DNA of 64,000 bases from Parcubacteria group bacterium (GTDB lineage: Bacteria > Patescibacteriota > Minisyncoccia > Moranbacterales > GCA-2747515): positions 25,084-89,083 of the forward strand of contig JBAZXC010000002.1 of the NCBI GenBank assembly GCA_041660065.1. Reading direction: 5' to 3'. The notes beneath the pieces are model-generated. The model was not told the origin of the DNA and did not search any database. It saw only the letters and a list, made by a program, of their open reading frames with translations. The translations under genes were made by a program, and so were the position numbers. Shown here one piece after another: positions 50,312-60,219 of this stretch (position 1 is the first letter of the stretch; each line of letters begins with the position of its first letter).

Positions 50312-51418
50312 TTATAGAAGATGCCTATATCCTCGTTTCCCGAGAAGGGCGACAACCTCTTTTACATCTTTTACGCGATCGCGATCAGCAACAAGGATCA
50401 CATCACCGGACTGAACGATTACGATCCCCTTAAGCCCGAGCGTTGCGATCACGGACTTGTCATTGCCAAAAACAAAACAATTTTGCGTATCAACACTGAC
50501 AACGTCGCCGCGCATATAATTATGATCCGGATTGCCAGTACAGTGCACATCATGCAACGACCGCCAATTGCCCACATCGCTCCATGTCAATGTTGCAGGA
50601 ACAACAAAGAGTTCAAGGCTCGAAAGTTTTTCCAACACTACTGTGTCAATCGGATGATCCTGCAATGCAGAAAAAAGACTGCGTTGCTCATCCTCACTGG
50701 GACACGCATTGACCTGTTCCAATGTCTGTGAAATTTCCGGCACGTATTTTTTAATTTGATCGAGAAATACGCTCGCACAAAAAACAAAACAACCCGAATT
50801 CCACAAGAATTGCCAATCGGAAAAATATTCCTTTGCTTTATCGGAGGAAGGCTTCTCTGCAAAAGCAGAAACGTGATGCACAGAATGAGCAAACTTCTTT
50901 CTTGTTTCATTGCCCATTTTAATGTATCCCAGCTCCGTACTCGGTTCTGTAGGCTTGATGCCGATGAGCCCAATCCTTTCAGGATAATAATCCACCACAC
51001 GAAACATTGTCTGCACAACATCGGCAAAAGTACCAACCTCCTTGATCATATGGTCCGATGGCACTGCGAGAATCACAGCGTTGGGATTCAATTGATAAAT
51101 TTTATCAGCCACAAAAGCCAACGCCGGCGCAGTGTTGCGTCCGCACGGCTCGATGAGAATATTTTCTGGCGCAACTTCCGGCAATTGTTCCGCGATGATC
51201 TCTCTATATTCAGCAATCGTGGACACAAAAAGATGCTCCGGAAGCACGAGATCTTTGACACGCTGATGCGTTCCTTGCAACAACGTATAGTCCTCCGTGA
51301 TCAAACGGTGAAACTGTTTTGGATTGTTTGCACGCGATTCCGGCCATAGTCTCTTGCCGGAACCACCTGCCATAATAACAACATAACGATCACTCTTCCC
51401 TTCTTTGCGATGCGGCAT
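50312..51418 (-). CDS. manC: Mannose-1-phosphate guanylyltransferase (no PMI domain)
   Basis: IMAGGSGKRLWPESR..PKQF, EPCGRNTAPA, PSDH, FAEKP, WNSG, WSDVG; SD GGAGG before MPHRK. Confidence 0.88.
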   Translation of the reverse strand: MPHRKEGKSDRYVVIMAGGSGKRLWPESRANNPKQFHRLITEDYTLLQGTHQRVKDLVLPEHLFVSTIAEYREIIAEQLPEVAPENILIEPCGRNTAPALAFVADKIYQLNPNAVILAVPSDHMIKEVGTFADVVQTMFRVVDYYPERIGLIGIKPTEPSTELGYIKMGNETRKKFAHSVHHVSAFAEKPSSDKAKEYFSDWQFLWNSGCFVFCASVFLDQIKKYVPEISQTLEQVNACPSEDEQRSLFSALQDHPIDTVVLEKLSSLELFVVPATLTWSDVGNWRSLHDVHCTGNPDHNYMRGDVVSVDTQNCFVFGNDKSVIATLGLKGIVIVQSGDVILVADRDRVKDVKEVVALLGKRGYRHLL

Positions 51419-51512
51419 AAGTCCCAACCTCCATTGATATCCATGTATATTGATCTGTAAAACAACTCCGTATGTTTTCACACTATATCCTCTCGGTTGT
51501 TTTTGGTCAATA

Positions 51513-54074
51513 TCATGAAGGATCGATGTCATTCGCACTGATCCGCACTTTTTTTTGCATAAAACGTTTGTATATCTCAAACCACGCAATACTTACAATC
51601 GCCACACACAAACTTAATAATATTTCATTCACTTTCAATGCACTAAAATGGAAAATATTTCTCAAAAATGGCGTATACAATATCACCAGAAGAAAAAATG
51701 CCGCAGAAATCAAAATGTATTTCAATGCCTTGTTGCCATTACCCAGGATCTGCATAAAATTTTTGTATTGCGCTAAATTGGTGACAATAAGCATTAAATT
51801 GCCAAAGACAAGTGTAACAAAAGTGATCGTCCGAATTTTTTCCTCGCTAAAATGCCAGTGTAATGCCAAAAAATACACTACCAGCGCAGCAATCAAAACA
51901 CCAAGTCCTTGTAACAAACTGATCACAAAGGTCGAGCGATCCAGCAATCGTTTTTTTAGGTTGCGTGGATTGCGTTTCATGATGCCTTTTTCCGCTTTTT
52001 CTGATTCATACACCACCGAGCACGCCGGATCAATGATCAATTCCAAAAAGGCAATATGTGCCGGAAAAAGAACCACCGGCAAGTGAAAAATGACAGGGAT
52101 AAGTGATATGCCGGCAATCGGTATGTGCACGGAAAAAATATATGAGATCGCTTTTTTGAGATTATCAAATATGCGACGACCCATCTTGACTGCCTCCACA
52201 ATTGACAAAAAGTGATCATCCAAGAGCACAATGTCTGATGCCTCACGCGCCACATCCGTCCCGCGCCTTCCCATCGCAACACCGATATGTGCAGATTTTA
52301 ACGCCGGAGCATCATTCACGCCATCGCCTGTCATCACCACGATCTCACCATTTGCCTTGAGTGCCTCAACGATCGCCAACTTCTGATCCGGAACAACACG
52401 TGTAAAAATATTCACATCACGAATACGCATTTGCAATGTTGCACGATCACATTGCGCCAGATCTTGTCCGGTCATGTGTTCACCGACATTGCGCAATCCG
52501 ATCTTCTGTGCGACAAATTGTGCCGTGCCGGGATAGTCTCCCGTAACCATGATCACACGTATACCTGCCGTATAACATTCTTGCACGGCTTGTGCAACAG
52601 ACGGACGAACCGGGTCCACGAAGCCGATCAATCCGACAAATTCATATGCATAATCGTGCTGATCTTGTATGCGATCAGAATGATCCACTGTGGCCTTTGC
52701 CACACCAAGTACGCGCAAGCCTTTTTGGGACATCGCATCCACCTTTTTCAAAACATCCTCACCATGCATGTGATCCATGTGGCACAATTCAATGATCGCT
52801 TCCGGCGCACCTTTGGCCGCAACGATGTGTGCATTTGTGCCCGCCAACATCCACACATGCGACAAAGCGAGTAGTTCTTTTGACAATGGAAATTCTCGCA
52901 CCAATGTCCATCGATCATCAAGATGGACATCCCCATACGACAAAATATTACACACGCGATGAATCTCTTTCTCGATCGGATCAAACGGATCATGATGGCT
53001 TGCAAGCAAGGAATATTTCAGCAATGCATGATACTTTTCCGGCATCTCTTTTATATCAAACACATCGAGATCCATGATCTCTTGATCGATGACAACAGAT
53101 GCCAACCGCATTTCATTAAGCGTCAATGTGCCTGTTTTATCAACACACAATACTGTCGCAGCTCCCAATGTTTCAATTGCCGCAGACTTTCTCACGAGAA
53201 CGCGCTTGCGCGACATACGCCATGCCCCGATCGCCAAAAATACTACCAAGACAACGGAAAATTCTTCCGGCAAGAGCGCCATACTCAAAGACAATCCCGA
53301 CAAAACGCCACGGATCCAATCATGATAATAAATACCATATGCCACCAAAACACCAGCGCACATGACCATACCGACAATCGCAAAATTGCGAACCAGTATG
53401 CGCGTTTCTTTTTTGAGGAGCATTTCTTCCTCCACAATTGATTGCAATGATACACCGATCTTCCCAATCTCAGTATTCACGCCAATCCGCGTCACGCGCA
53501 CAAGTGCATGTCCCTGTGTCACCATTGTGCCAGAAAAAACAAACGGCAGGCCATCACCGCCAGGTTGCCCCAATTTTTCTTTACCATCCCACTCGCTTTT
53601 GCGCACAGATATAGACTCTCCTGTAAGCAAGGATTCGTCAATATATAAATGTGCAGATGACACGACCACAGCATCAGCCGGCACACGCGCGCCTTCGCGC
53701 AAAACGACAATGTCATCGCGCACCACTTCCCGACCGGCAACAGTATACTGCACACCATCTCGCACAACGGAAGCGCGCGGACTGGACAGATCGCGTAATG
53801 CTTCAAGAGCGCGTTCCGTCTTTCGTTCTTGATAAAATGTGATCCCCACCACCACACAGACAAAAGCAGAAAGCATCAATGCATCCTCCACCTCACCCAA
53901 AAAAAGATACACTCCGCCGGCAGCAATAAGTAAAAAAAGCATGGGATCTTTGATCACGCCGATAAAAATAGAAAATGCACTTTGCTTTCTTTGCGATGGT
54001 AGTTCATTGAATCCTTCCTGCGCCAATCGCTCTTTTGCTTCTTGGACAGTCAGACCCATTATTTGTTCAGACAT
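51513..54074 (-). CDS. Cation-transporting P-type ATPase (type II-like)
   Basis: TGES, PEE, DKTGTLT, KGAPE, TGD, GDGVNDAPAL. Confidence 0.96.
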   Translation of the reverse strand: MSEQIMGLTVQEAKERLAQEGFNELPSQRKQSAFSIFIGVIKDPMLFLLIAAGGVYLFLGEVEDALMLSAFVCVVVGITFYQERKTERALEALRDLSSPRASVVRDGVQYTVAGREVVRDDIVVLREGARVPADAVVVSSAHLYIDESLLTGESISVRKSEWDGKEKLGQPGGDGLPFVFSGTMVTQGHALVRVTRIGVNTEIGKIGVSLQSIVEEEMLLKKETRILVRNFAIVGMVMCAGVLVAYGIYYHDWIRGVLSGLSLSMALLPEEFSVVLVVFLAIGAWRMSRKRVLVRKSAAIETLGAATVLCVDKTGTLTLNEMRLASVVIDQEIMDLDVFDIKEMPEKYHALLKYSLLASHHDPFDPIEKEIHRVCNILSYGDVHLDDRWTLVREFPLSKELLALSHVWMLAGTNAHIVAAKGAPEAIIELCHMDHMHGEDVLKKVDAMSQKGLRVLGVAKATVDHSDRIQDQHDYAYEFVGLIGFVDPVRPSVAQAVQECYTAGIRVIMVTGDYPGTAQFVAQKIGLRNVGEHMTGQDLAQCDRATLQMRIRDVNIFTRVVPDQKLAIVEALKANGEIVVMTGDGVNDAPALKSAHIGVAMGRRGTDVAREASDIVLLDDHFLSIVEAVKMGRRIFDNLKKAISYIFSVHIPIAGISLIPVIFHLPVVLFPAHIAFLELIIDPACSVVYESEKAEKGIMKRNPRNLKKRLLDRSTFVISLLQGLGVLIAALVVYFLALHWHFSEEKIRTITFVTLVFGNLMLIVTNLAQYKNFMQILGNGNKALKYILISAAFFLLVILYTPFLRNIFHFSALKVNEILLSLCVAIVSIAWFEIYKRFMQKKVRISANDIDPS

Positions 54075-54193
54075 GATGTTCTTATAAATACCTAAAAATA
54101 TATGGCGTGATCCATCGCACGCATTTCTATATTATCATAAAAAGCACCTTTTTATACAAGAGACATCACAATAACATCCGCCGATACAAAAAT

Positions 54194-54697
54194 CTATCGA
54201 TAGATTGCGATGATTTGCCGAATGATCAATGTATCCGGTGTAATATATTCTCCAGAAAAATCGAACCACACACGCAGAAAATCCTCACGGACAATTTTTC
54301 GCACACGTCCTACTTCCGGATCTTGTAGATAAATATGCATATCATCCAATCCCGTCACCACGGAATAATGCCCATCCGCTACGTCATCTTCGTCATAATC
54401 CGTGCGTCCTCGCGTAAACCAATCCACAATTACCGGCACACCTTTTTCAAGCCATTGTGCGATTTCTTTCATCGATGATTCATTTTTGATCGTAACAGAA
54501 AATCCCAATGATCGTGCAACTCTTTCGATATCCACATCGGTGACGCCAAGGTTCGCATCAACCTCGCATAGTTGCGCAAATTCTTTCTCCGTCTTTTCAA
54601 CACCATACTGCATCAAAACGATCTTGAGAGACGCGGGTCCGCACATACCGGCATGCAATGTCTCTTGAAATGGCTGTACATGTAGTTGTATGTTCAT
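54194..54697 (-). CDS. C39-like cysteine peptidase
   Basis: FQE...CGPASL (Cys), GHYSVV (His), QDP (Asp). Confidence 0.85.
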   Translation of the reverse strand: MNIQLHVQPFQETLHAGMCGPASLKIVLMQYGVEKTEKEFAQLCEVDANLGVTDVDIERVARSLGFSVTIKNESSMKEIAQWLEKGVPVIVDWFTRGRTDYDEDDVADGHYSVVTGLDDMHIYLQDPEVGRVRKIVREDFLRVWFDFSGEYITPDTLIIRQIIAIYR

Positions 54698-54698
54698 A

Positions 54699-54935
54699 TT
54701 ATTTTTTGTGACTGATATATATTTCTTTTTGTTTGAGTACCCAATCGCGCAAAACGATCCGCAATCCCAAAAGTTCCAAACCGATGATCGCCAACCATGA
54801 CCCCGGCGTAAGTGGTGTCACAAGTGCGACAAAACCCACCACGATCAAAGCAACCCCCACGATCATTTTGAGTTTTGGACGCTCTTTGATGAATTTTTTG
54901 CAATTGTACAACACCCCATGTATTTTTCTTTTCAT
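54699..54935 (-). CDS. Small membrane protein (PGPGW-like)
   Basis: Hydrophobic hairpin with TPLTPGSWL..IGL. Confidence 0.65.
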   Translation of the reverse strand: MKRKIHGVLYNCKKFIKERPKLKMIVGVALIVVGFVALVTPLTPGSWLAIIGLELLGLRIVLRDWVLKQKEIYISHKK

Positions 54936-55001
54936 ATGACATGATAACCTATTTTTTCTATATATCCACAGTACCACATTTCTACAAGATACAATATGCA
55001 T

Positions 55002-55054
55002 TTGACAATGTGCTGCCTGCGCTTTATTATAAATGCAACAATAGTGCATTTATA
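55002..55054 (+). promoter_or_regulatory. Sigma70 promoter overlapped by a palindromic operator (putative Zur box)
   Basis: TTGACA (55002)-17 nt-TATTAT (55025); IR tataaatgca-N7-tgcatttata (55028-55054). Confidence 0.75.
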
Positions 55055-55061
55055 CAATTTT

Positions 55062-55478
55062 ATGAATCTTGATCTCATCCTCACAAAGGTCCGCGCATGT
55101 GGTGGCCGCATTTCTCCTGTGCGCAAAGCGATCATTCATAGTTTACTGACAAAAGATTGTCTCGTATCTCATGCCAATATCGTCACGCAGCTCAAGAAGC
55201 ACCACCTCACACCGGACCGTTCCACGATCTTTCGTGAATTGCGCTTTCTTACAGCACACAACATCATCTGCAAAAGTACGATCGCCGATGTTGATTATTA
55301 CGAGATCCCCCACGACCATCATCATCACCTCATCTGCCTCCATTGTGACAAGATCACAAAAGTTGTCATGAAAGATCATATAAAATGCACTTCTGCGCAC
55401 ATCGCACGCAAAAATCATTTTACGATCACCGGACATTCCTTGGAGTTTTACGGCTATTGCGCGCAATGCCGTGCATAA
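55062..55478 (+). CDS. zur: Fur family regulator, probably Zur
   Basis: STIFREL, HHHHLICLHC, HSLEFYGYCAQC; heads the znu operon. Confidence 0.85.
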   Translation: MNLDLILTKVRACGGRISPVRKAIIHSLLTKDCLVSHANIVTQLKKHHLTPDRSTIFRELRFLTAHNIICKSTIADVDYYEIPHDHHHHLICLHCDKITKVVMKDHIKCTSAHIARKNHFTITGHSLEFYGYCAQCRA

Positions 55479-55500
55479 ATTTCCCCTTATTTTTTAATTA

Positions 55501-56448
55501 ATGACCACGTATATGAAACAAAAGATCTTTATCGCCATCATTGTGATCCTCGCACTCATTGCCGTTGTATTCTTACTCAAAAGCAATCAAAAAAAAGAAT
55601 CCCCTTCTGCGCGTATTTCCGTCGTGACCACGCTATTTCCACTCTATGACTTTGCAAAAAATGTCGGCGGTGATCATGTCGATGTGTCCCTCCTTCTCCC
55701 GCCGGGCGTTGAAGCACACTCTTTTGAACCAACACCCAGCGACATCATCACGATCAACCGGTCCGATGTGTTCGTATATACAGGCGCATTCATGGAGCCC
55801 TGGGTGGAGGATGTGATCGCCGGCATGCAAAATGACACCGTTACCATTGTAAATACAAGCGCACATATTGCATTGATCAACGAGAATGAGGATCATGGTG
55901 ACGAATCATCCCATAGCGGTATTGATCCGCATGTCTGGCTCGATTTTGACAATGCGCAAAAAATGGTGGATGCGATCACGGATGCGCTTGCGCAAAAAGA
56001 CCCTACACATGCCGGCGACTATCGCACCAATGCCGTGCAGTACAAAGAAACGCTTGCACAATTGGATCACACATATGCAACAACGCTTGCACAATGCCGG
56101 CGGAGAGACATCGTCTACGGCGGTCATTATGCATTCGGATACATGAGCAAAAAATATGATCTCCGCTATGAAGCAGCATATGGCATTTCACCGAATGCGG
56201 AACCCTCGGCACAAGACCTTGCGCAACTTGTGGAACAAATCAAAAAAAATGGTATCACAACGATATTTTATGAGGATCTCCTCAATCCAAAGATCGCTGA
56301 AACATTGGCGCGAGAAACAAACACAAAACTCCTCGCATTGACTCCGGCAGGAAACATTTCAAAAGAGGATTACCAAACTGGCACAACGTTTGTCATGCTT
56401 ATGGAAAAAAATTTACAAAACCTCGCGCAGGGATTATCATGTAACTAA
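55501..56448 (+). CDS. znuA: Zn ABC transporter substrate-binding protein
   Basis: G.EAHSFEP, DPHVWLD, HYAFGY, EPS. Confidence 0.9.
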   Translation: MTTYMKQKIFIAIIVILALIAVVFLLKSNQKKESPSARISVVTTLFPLYDFAKNVGGDHVDVSLLLPPGVEAHSFEPTPSDIITINRSDVFVYTGAFMEPWVEDVIAGMQNDTVTIVNTSAHIALINENEDHGDESSHSGIDPHVWLDFDNAQKMVDAITDALAQKDPTHAGDYRTNAVQYKETLAQLDHTYATTLAQCRRRDIVYGGHYAFGYMSKKYDLRYEAAYGISPNAEPSAQDLAQLVEQIKKNGITTIFYEDLLNPKIAETLARETNTKLLALTPAGNISKEDYQTGTTFVMLMEKNLQNLAQGLSCN

Positions 56449-57200
56449 TGGAAAAAATAATTTCTGTAGACAAAATTTCTGTCCAGTACGGACAAAATAA
56501 AATTCTCCATGATATTTCCTTTGCCATCGACAAAGGTGATTTCATCGGTCTCGCCGGACCAAACGGTGCCGGCAAAACAACACTTGTCAAAGCCATTCTC
56601 GGACTTCTGCCAATCGCAAAAGGCACGATCACCATTTTTGGAATACCACAAAGATCTTTCACGGGTTTTTCCAAGATCGGTTATCTCCCGCAAAAACATA
56701 CCGGCATCAATAATCTTTTCCCCGCATCGGTCAAAGAGATCGTCGCATTGGGATTATTATCTTCAAAAAAACCACCCCGCAATCTCTCACATACGGATTG
56801 GCACAAGGTTACCACGGCACTCCATGAATTGGACATCATAGACCTACAAGACAAAATGATTTCCGAGCTCTCCGGTGGACAACAGCAAAAAGTATTGCTC
56901 GCTCGTGCGATCGTCGCAAAACCGGAACTCCTCATTTTTGATGAACCCTCCACAGCACTCGACCCGGAGTCTCGCAATGAATTTTTCACACTCGTCCAAA
57001 AATTCAACAAAGAAAAAGGTCTGACAGTGATTTTGATCACACATGACACAGGCTATATCGGCAGTTATGCGAATAAATTGCTTTATATCGACCACAAGCT
57101 CATTCATTTCGGACCAATTGCGGATTTTTGCAAAAAAGATGCTACAGCGGCATGTTTTGAGAAAATCGGAGAACACGTCGTTTGGCATCAGCACACATAA
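56448..57200 (+). CDS. znuC: Zn ABC transporter ATPase
   Basis: GPNGAGKTT, GYLPQ, LSGGQ, DEP, THD. Confidence 0.92.
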   Translation: MEKIISVDKISVQYGQNKILHDISFAIDKGDFIGLAGPNGAGKTTLVKAILGLLPIAKGTITIFGIPQRSFTGFSKIGYLPQKHTGINNLFPASVKEIVALGLLSSKKPPRNLSHTDWHKVTTALHELDIIDLQDKMISELSGGQQQKVLLARAIVAKPELLIFDEPSTALDPESRNEFFTLVQKFNKEKGLTVILITHDTGYIGSYANKLLYIDHKLIHFGPIADFCKKDATAACFEKIGEHVVWHQHT

Positions 57201-57203
57201 CCT

Positions 57204-58010
57204 ATGGATATATTATATTTTTTACAATACGCATTCATACAAAAAGCGTTCCTCGCAGGATCTTTTGTCGCGATCACCTGTGCTGTATTGGGCATGTTTC
57301 TGGTCCTGCGCAAGATGTCATTGATCGGCGATGGTCTTTCCCATGTCAGCTTTGGTGCCATCGCTCTTGGCTTATTTTTTGGCTTTTATCCTTTTTATAT
57401 CGCTGTTCCCATTGTCATGATCGGCGCTCTGATCATCCTAAAAATCACAGAAAGAGCCCGCGTTTACGGTGACGCGGCAATCGGGATCGTTTCCGCCGTC
57501 GGCATTGCCGGTGGCGTGATTTTGGCGAGTGCATCCAACGGATTTAATATTGATCTATTCAGTTATCTTTTTGGCAATATCCTTGCAATCAGCACAACGG
57601 AAGTATTCTTGTCGATCATTCTTTCTTTTGTCGTACTCATAACCATTTATTTTTTTTATTGGGATCTTTTTTCCGCCACATTCGATGAAGAATACGCCAA
57701 AACAACAGGCATCAAAACCCACCTGATCAATACGATCCTTGCGATCCTTACAGCGATCACTGTCGTTCTTTCTATCAAAGTCGTTGGCGTTATGCTGGTT
57801 TCTGCGTTGCTCATTTTTCCGGCGGTCACAGCATTGCAGATCGCCAAGGGTTTTAAAAAGGCGATTTTGTATGCAGTGATGTTTTCTCTTCTCTCGGTTT
57901 TGATCGGTATCACGATATCGTTTTTTCTCGACTTCCCCGCCGGCGCAACGATCGTCATGGTCAATGCACTTTTCTTTGGTATAACATTTCTCTACAAGAA
58001 ACTCGCCTGA
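57204..58010 (+). CDS. znuB: Zn ABC transporter permease
   Basis: SLIGDGLSH, YLFGNIL, FDEEYA, VGVMLVSALL. Confidence 0.92.
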   Translation: MDILYFLQYAFIQKAFLAGSFVAITCAVLGMFLVLRKMSLIGDGLSHVSFGAIALGLFFGFYPFYIAVPIVMIGALIILKITERARVYGDAAIGIVSAVGIAGGVILASASNGFNIDLFSYLFGNILAISTTEVFLSIILSFVVLITIYFFYWDLFSATFDEEYAKTTGIKTHLINTILAILTAITVVLSIKVVGVMLVSALLIFPAVTALQIAKGFKKAILYAVMFSLLSVLIGITISFFLDFPAGATIVMVNALFFGITFLYKKLA

Positions 58011-58024
58011 TAAAAAAAGATCAC

Positions 58025-59260
58025 TTATTTTATTCGTATCAAAATATTTTTTGGCGTCACGACAAGCAACACTGCCGCAAGTACCACCCCAATAAGACCC
58101 AAAACACTAAATGCTCCCGGAATACCGAGAAGACCGGCCAGAACACCTGCAAAGACCGGCCCAAAAATATACCCGGAATTGAAAGATAAATCTTCCACAC
58201 CTTCAATCTCACTATCTACGCATGGCGCTTCGGAAATATAGTCCGCATATGCCGCATTAATCGCCGGCAATGCAATACTGATAAAACACGCAGCGACAAA
58301 AATTGTGATAATTGCAAACGGTGCGTATGACACATGGACAAAAGATGTTAAAATCGTTGACCCGATCAGTATACCGAGAAGTGCCGTCCGTTTTTTCCCA
58401 AAACGTCGCGTGACATTCCCCACGATCCACCCGACAAAAAGCGCCGGAAGGATGTACGCTGTCAAAAACAACCCGCCAAATTTACCAAGATCGATCGTCT
58501 CCACATAGAGTGGTGCCAACGTCCAGAAAAATGCATCCACAAAAGAAAGAAAGAACGTGACACAGAGAACCGGCGTCATGATTTTGCCTAACTTTTTCCA
58601 CAAATCAATCTCTCGAAAAAGACTTTTATGTTTTTGCTCCTTGTGTGCCGTCACATGCACATCTTTTCTGCCGTGTATATACATGAGAAAGAGCAGGATG
58701 ATAAAAAGTCCGAGTCCAATACCCAAAAAGATCCAACTCACTGCAAATACGCGCCAATCGATTGCAGACACGATCACAAAACCGACAATGAGCGGTGCCA
58801 AGACACTGCCCAACGCACGGAAGATCTGCACAACACCAAAGTGCGATGCGTGATCGGATTTTTTGGTATAGCGACCGATAAAATTAAATGTCCCAAAACC
58901 GCTCAGGTCATAGTATAATCCCCAGACTGCCATCACAAAAAGATAAAACCATACGCCATTTGCTTGCGAAAGCAACAGCGGATACGAAGCACAAACGACA
59001 AACATAAGCCAGAACATATGGCGAAAATCCGCATTCTTGAAAAATTTGCAGATCAAAAAATCAAAGAACGCACCACTGATCGATGATGTCCCGATGATCA
59101 ACCCGATCATGCCGATAGAAAAACCGTTTTCTTCCATAAGGATCGGCGTGATATATGTCAGCATGCAATCAAAGATCGTCCAAAAAAAGATCACCAATCC
59201 GAACAAAAAAACAGGTGGTAAATATGGGTCACGATGTTTGGTCTTATTTAATGCTGTCAT
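58025..59260 (-). CDS. MFS transporter
   Basis: About 12 TM segments in two halves, RRFGKKR loop, G..FGP...G. Confidence 0.8.
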   Translation of the reverse strand: MTALNKTKHRDPYLPPVFLFGLVIFFWTIFDCMLTYITPILMEENGFSIGMIGLIIGTSSISGAFFDFLICKFFKNADFRHMFWLMFVVCASYPLLLSQANGVWFYLFVMAVWGLYYDLSGFGTFNFIGRYTKKSDHASHFGVVQIFRALGSVLAPLIVGFVIVSAIDWRVFAVSWIFLGIGLGLFIILLFLMYIHGRKDVHVTAHKEQKHKSLFREIDLWKKLGKIMTPVLCVTFFLSFVDAFFWTLAPLYVETIDLGKFGGLFLTAYILPALFVGWIVGNVTRRFGKKRTALLGILIGSTILTSFVHVSYAPFAIITIFVAACFISIALPAINAAYADYISEAPCVDSEIEGVEDLSFNSGYIFGPVFAGVLAGLLGIPGAFSVLGLIGVVLAAVLLVVTPKNILIRIK

Positions 59261-59304
59261 GAGTGAGAAAAATATAAAAAAAATCTAGCCATCATATTAT
59301 ATCA

Positions 59305-60213
59305 TTATCTCTTTTTTCCAACAAAAATAGGATCTTTTAGAACGAAATATCCGCTCACATAACTTGTAATATCTGTGTCCGCGCCACTATAGTCCATAGA
59401 GTTTTTATGATCGCGCACGACAAATGCCCGGTCATCGCCCACATATCCGCGCAGGAAAACCATGCACGACGGACAATCACATATGATATCATCGACCGTT
59501 TCCGACGAAAAATGCGCCAGCGCATCCAGACTCTTTTCATCCCGTGACAGTGTCGTTTGCACATCGCCATGATGGCTAAAATCCGAACTTACGACAAGAA
59601 TTGTGTCGTCATCAGCCATGTGACGTATCTCTTTTCCCAATGCAGAAAGCATTTCTTGATCGGCTTTTGCATTTACTACAAGACTCGTAACTTCTACACC
59701 TGAGAAATATTTCGCAACAAATGGAACAAGTGTATACACGCCATGTTCCATAAAAAAAGGGGTGTTATTTATTTCAACGCCCGGCAGAGTATCAATCCGT
59801 TCAAAAAGAGCCGTGTCATTGGCCACTGCGCCAAACGGTGTATCCCATGACAATGCTGTGACATATGCGATCGTTTTTTGATCGTGAAATCGATTGAAGT
59901 GGTCCGGACTGACAATGATCACGTGTCGTGGGATATTTTCAACGCCACAAAAAAAGTTTGTGATAAGCCCCTGTGCCAAAAAATGATGTGACGTGATACC
60001 GGCGATCACATGCGACGTTGGCAGAACATCATCACATGTACTCGTATACAGCGACGCATTGTCATAAAAACTCCGCAATACTTTTTCATTCCCCTGTCCA
60101 AATCTCTCCTCATTCACAAAAGATCTTTGCACCATAAAACGAACGGCAAAAAACCCACCGATCACAACAAGCGGTGGGAGTAAATATCCGATCCAATGAT
60201 ATTTTTTTTGCAT
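59305..60213 (-). CDS. MEMO1 / AmmeMemoRadiSam protein B-like protein with an N-terminal anchor
   Basis: SHH, SPDHF, TPFG, EHG, SSDFSH. Confidence 0.82.
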   Translation of the reverse strand: MQKKYHWIGYLLPPLVVIGGFFAVRFMVQRSFVNEERFGQGNEKVLRSFYDNASLYTSTCDDVLPTSHVIAGITSHHFLAQGLITNFFCGVENIPRHVIIVSPDHFNRFHDQKTIAYVTALSWDTPFGAVANDTALFERIDTLPGVEINNTPFFMEHGVYTLVPFVAKYFSGVEVTSLVVNAKADQEMLSALGKEIRHMADDDTILVVSSDFSHHGDVQTTLSRDEKSLDALAHFSSETVDDIICDCPSCMVFLRGYVGDDRAFVVRDHKNSMDYSGADTDITSYVSGYFVLKDPIFVGKKR

Positions 60214-60219
60214 ATCTTT

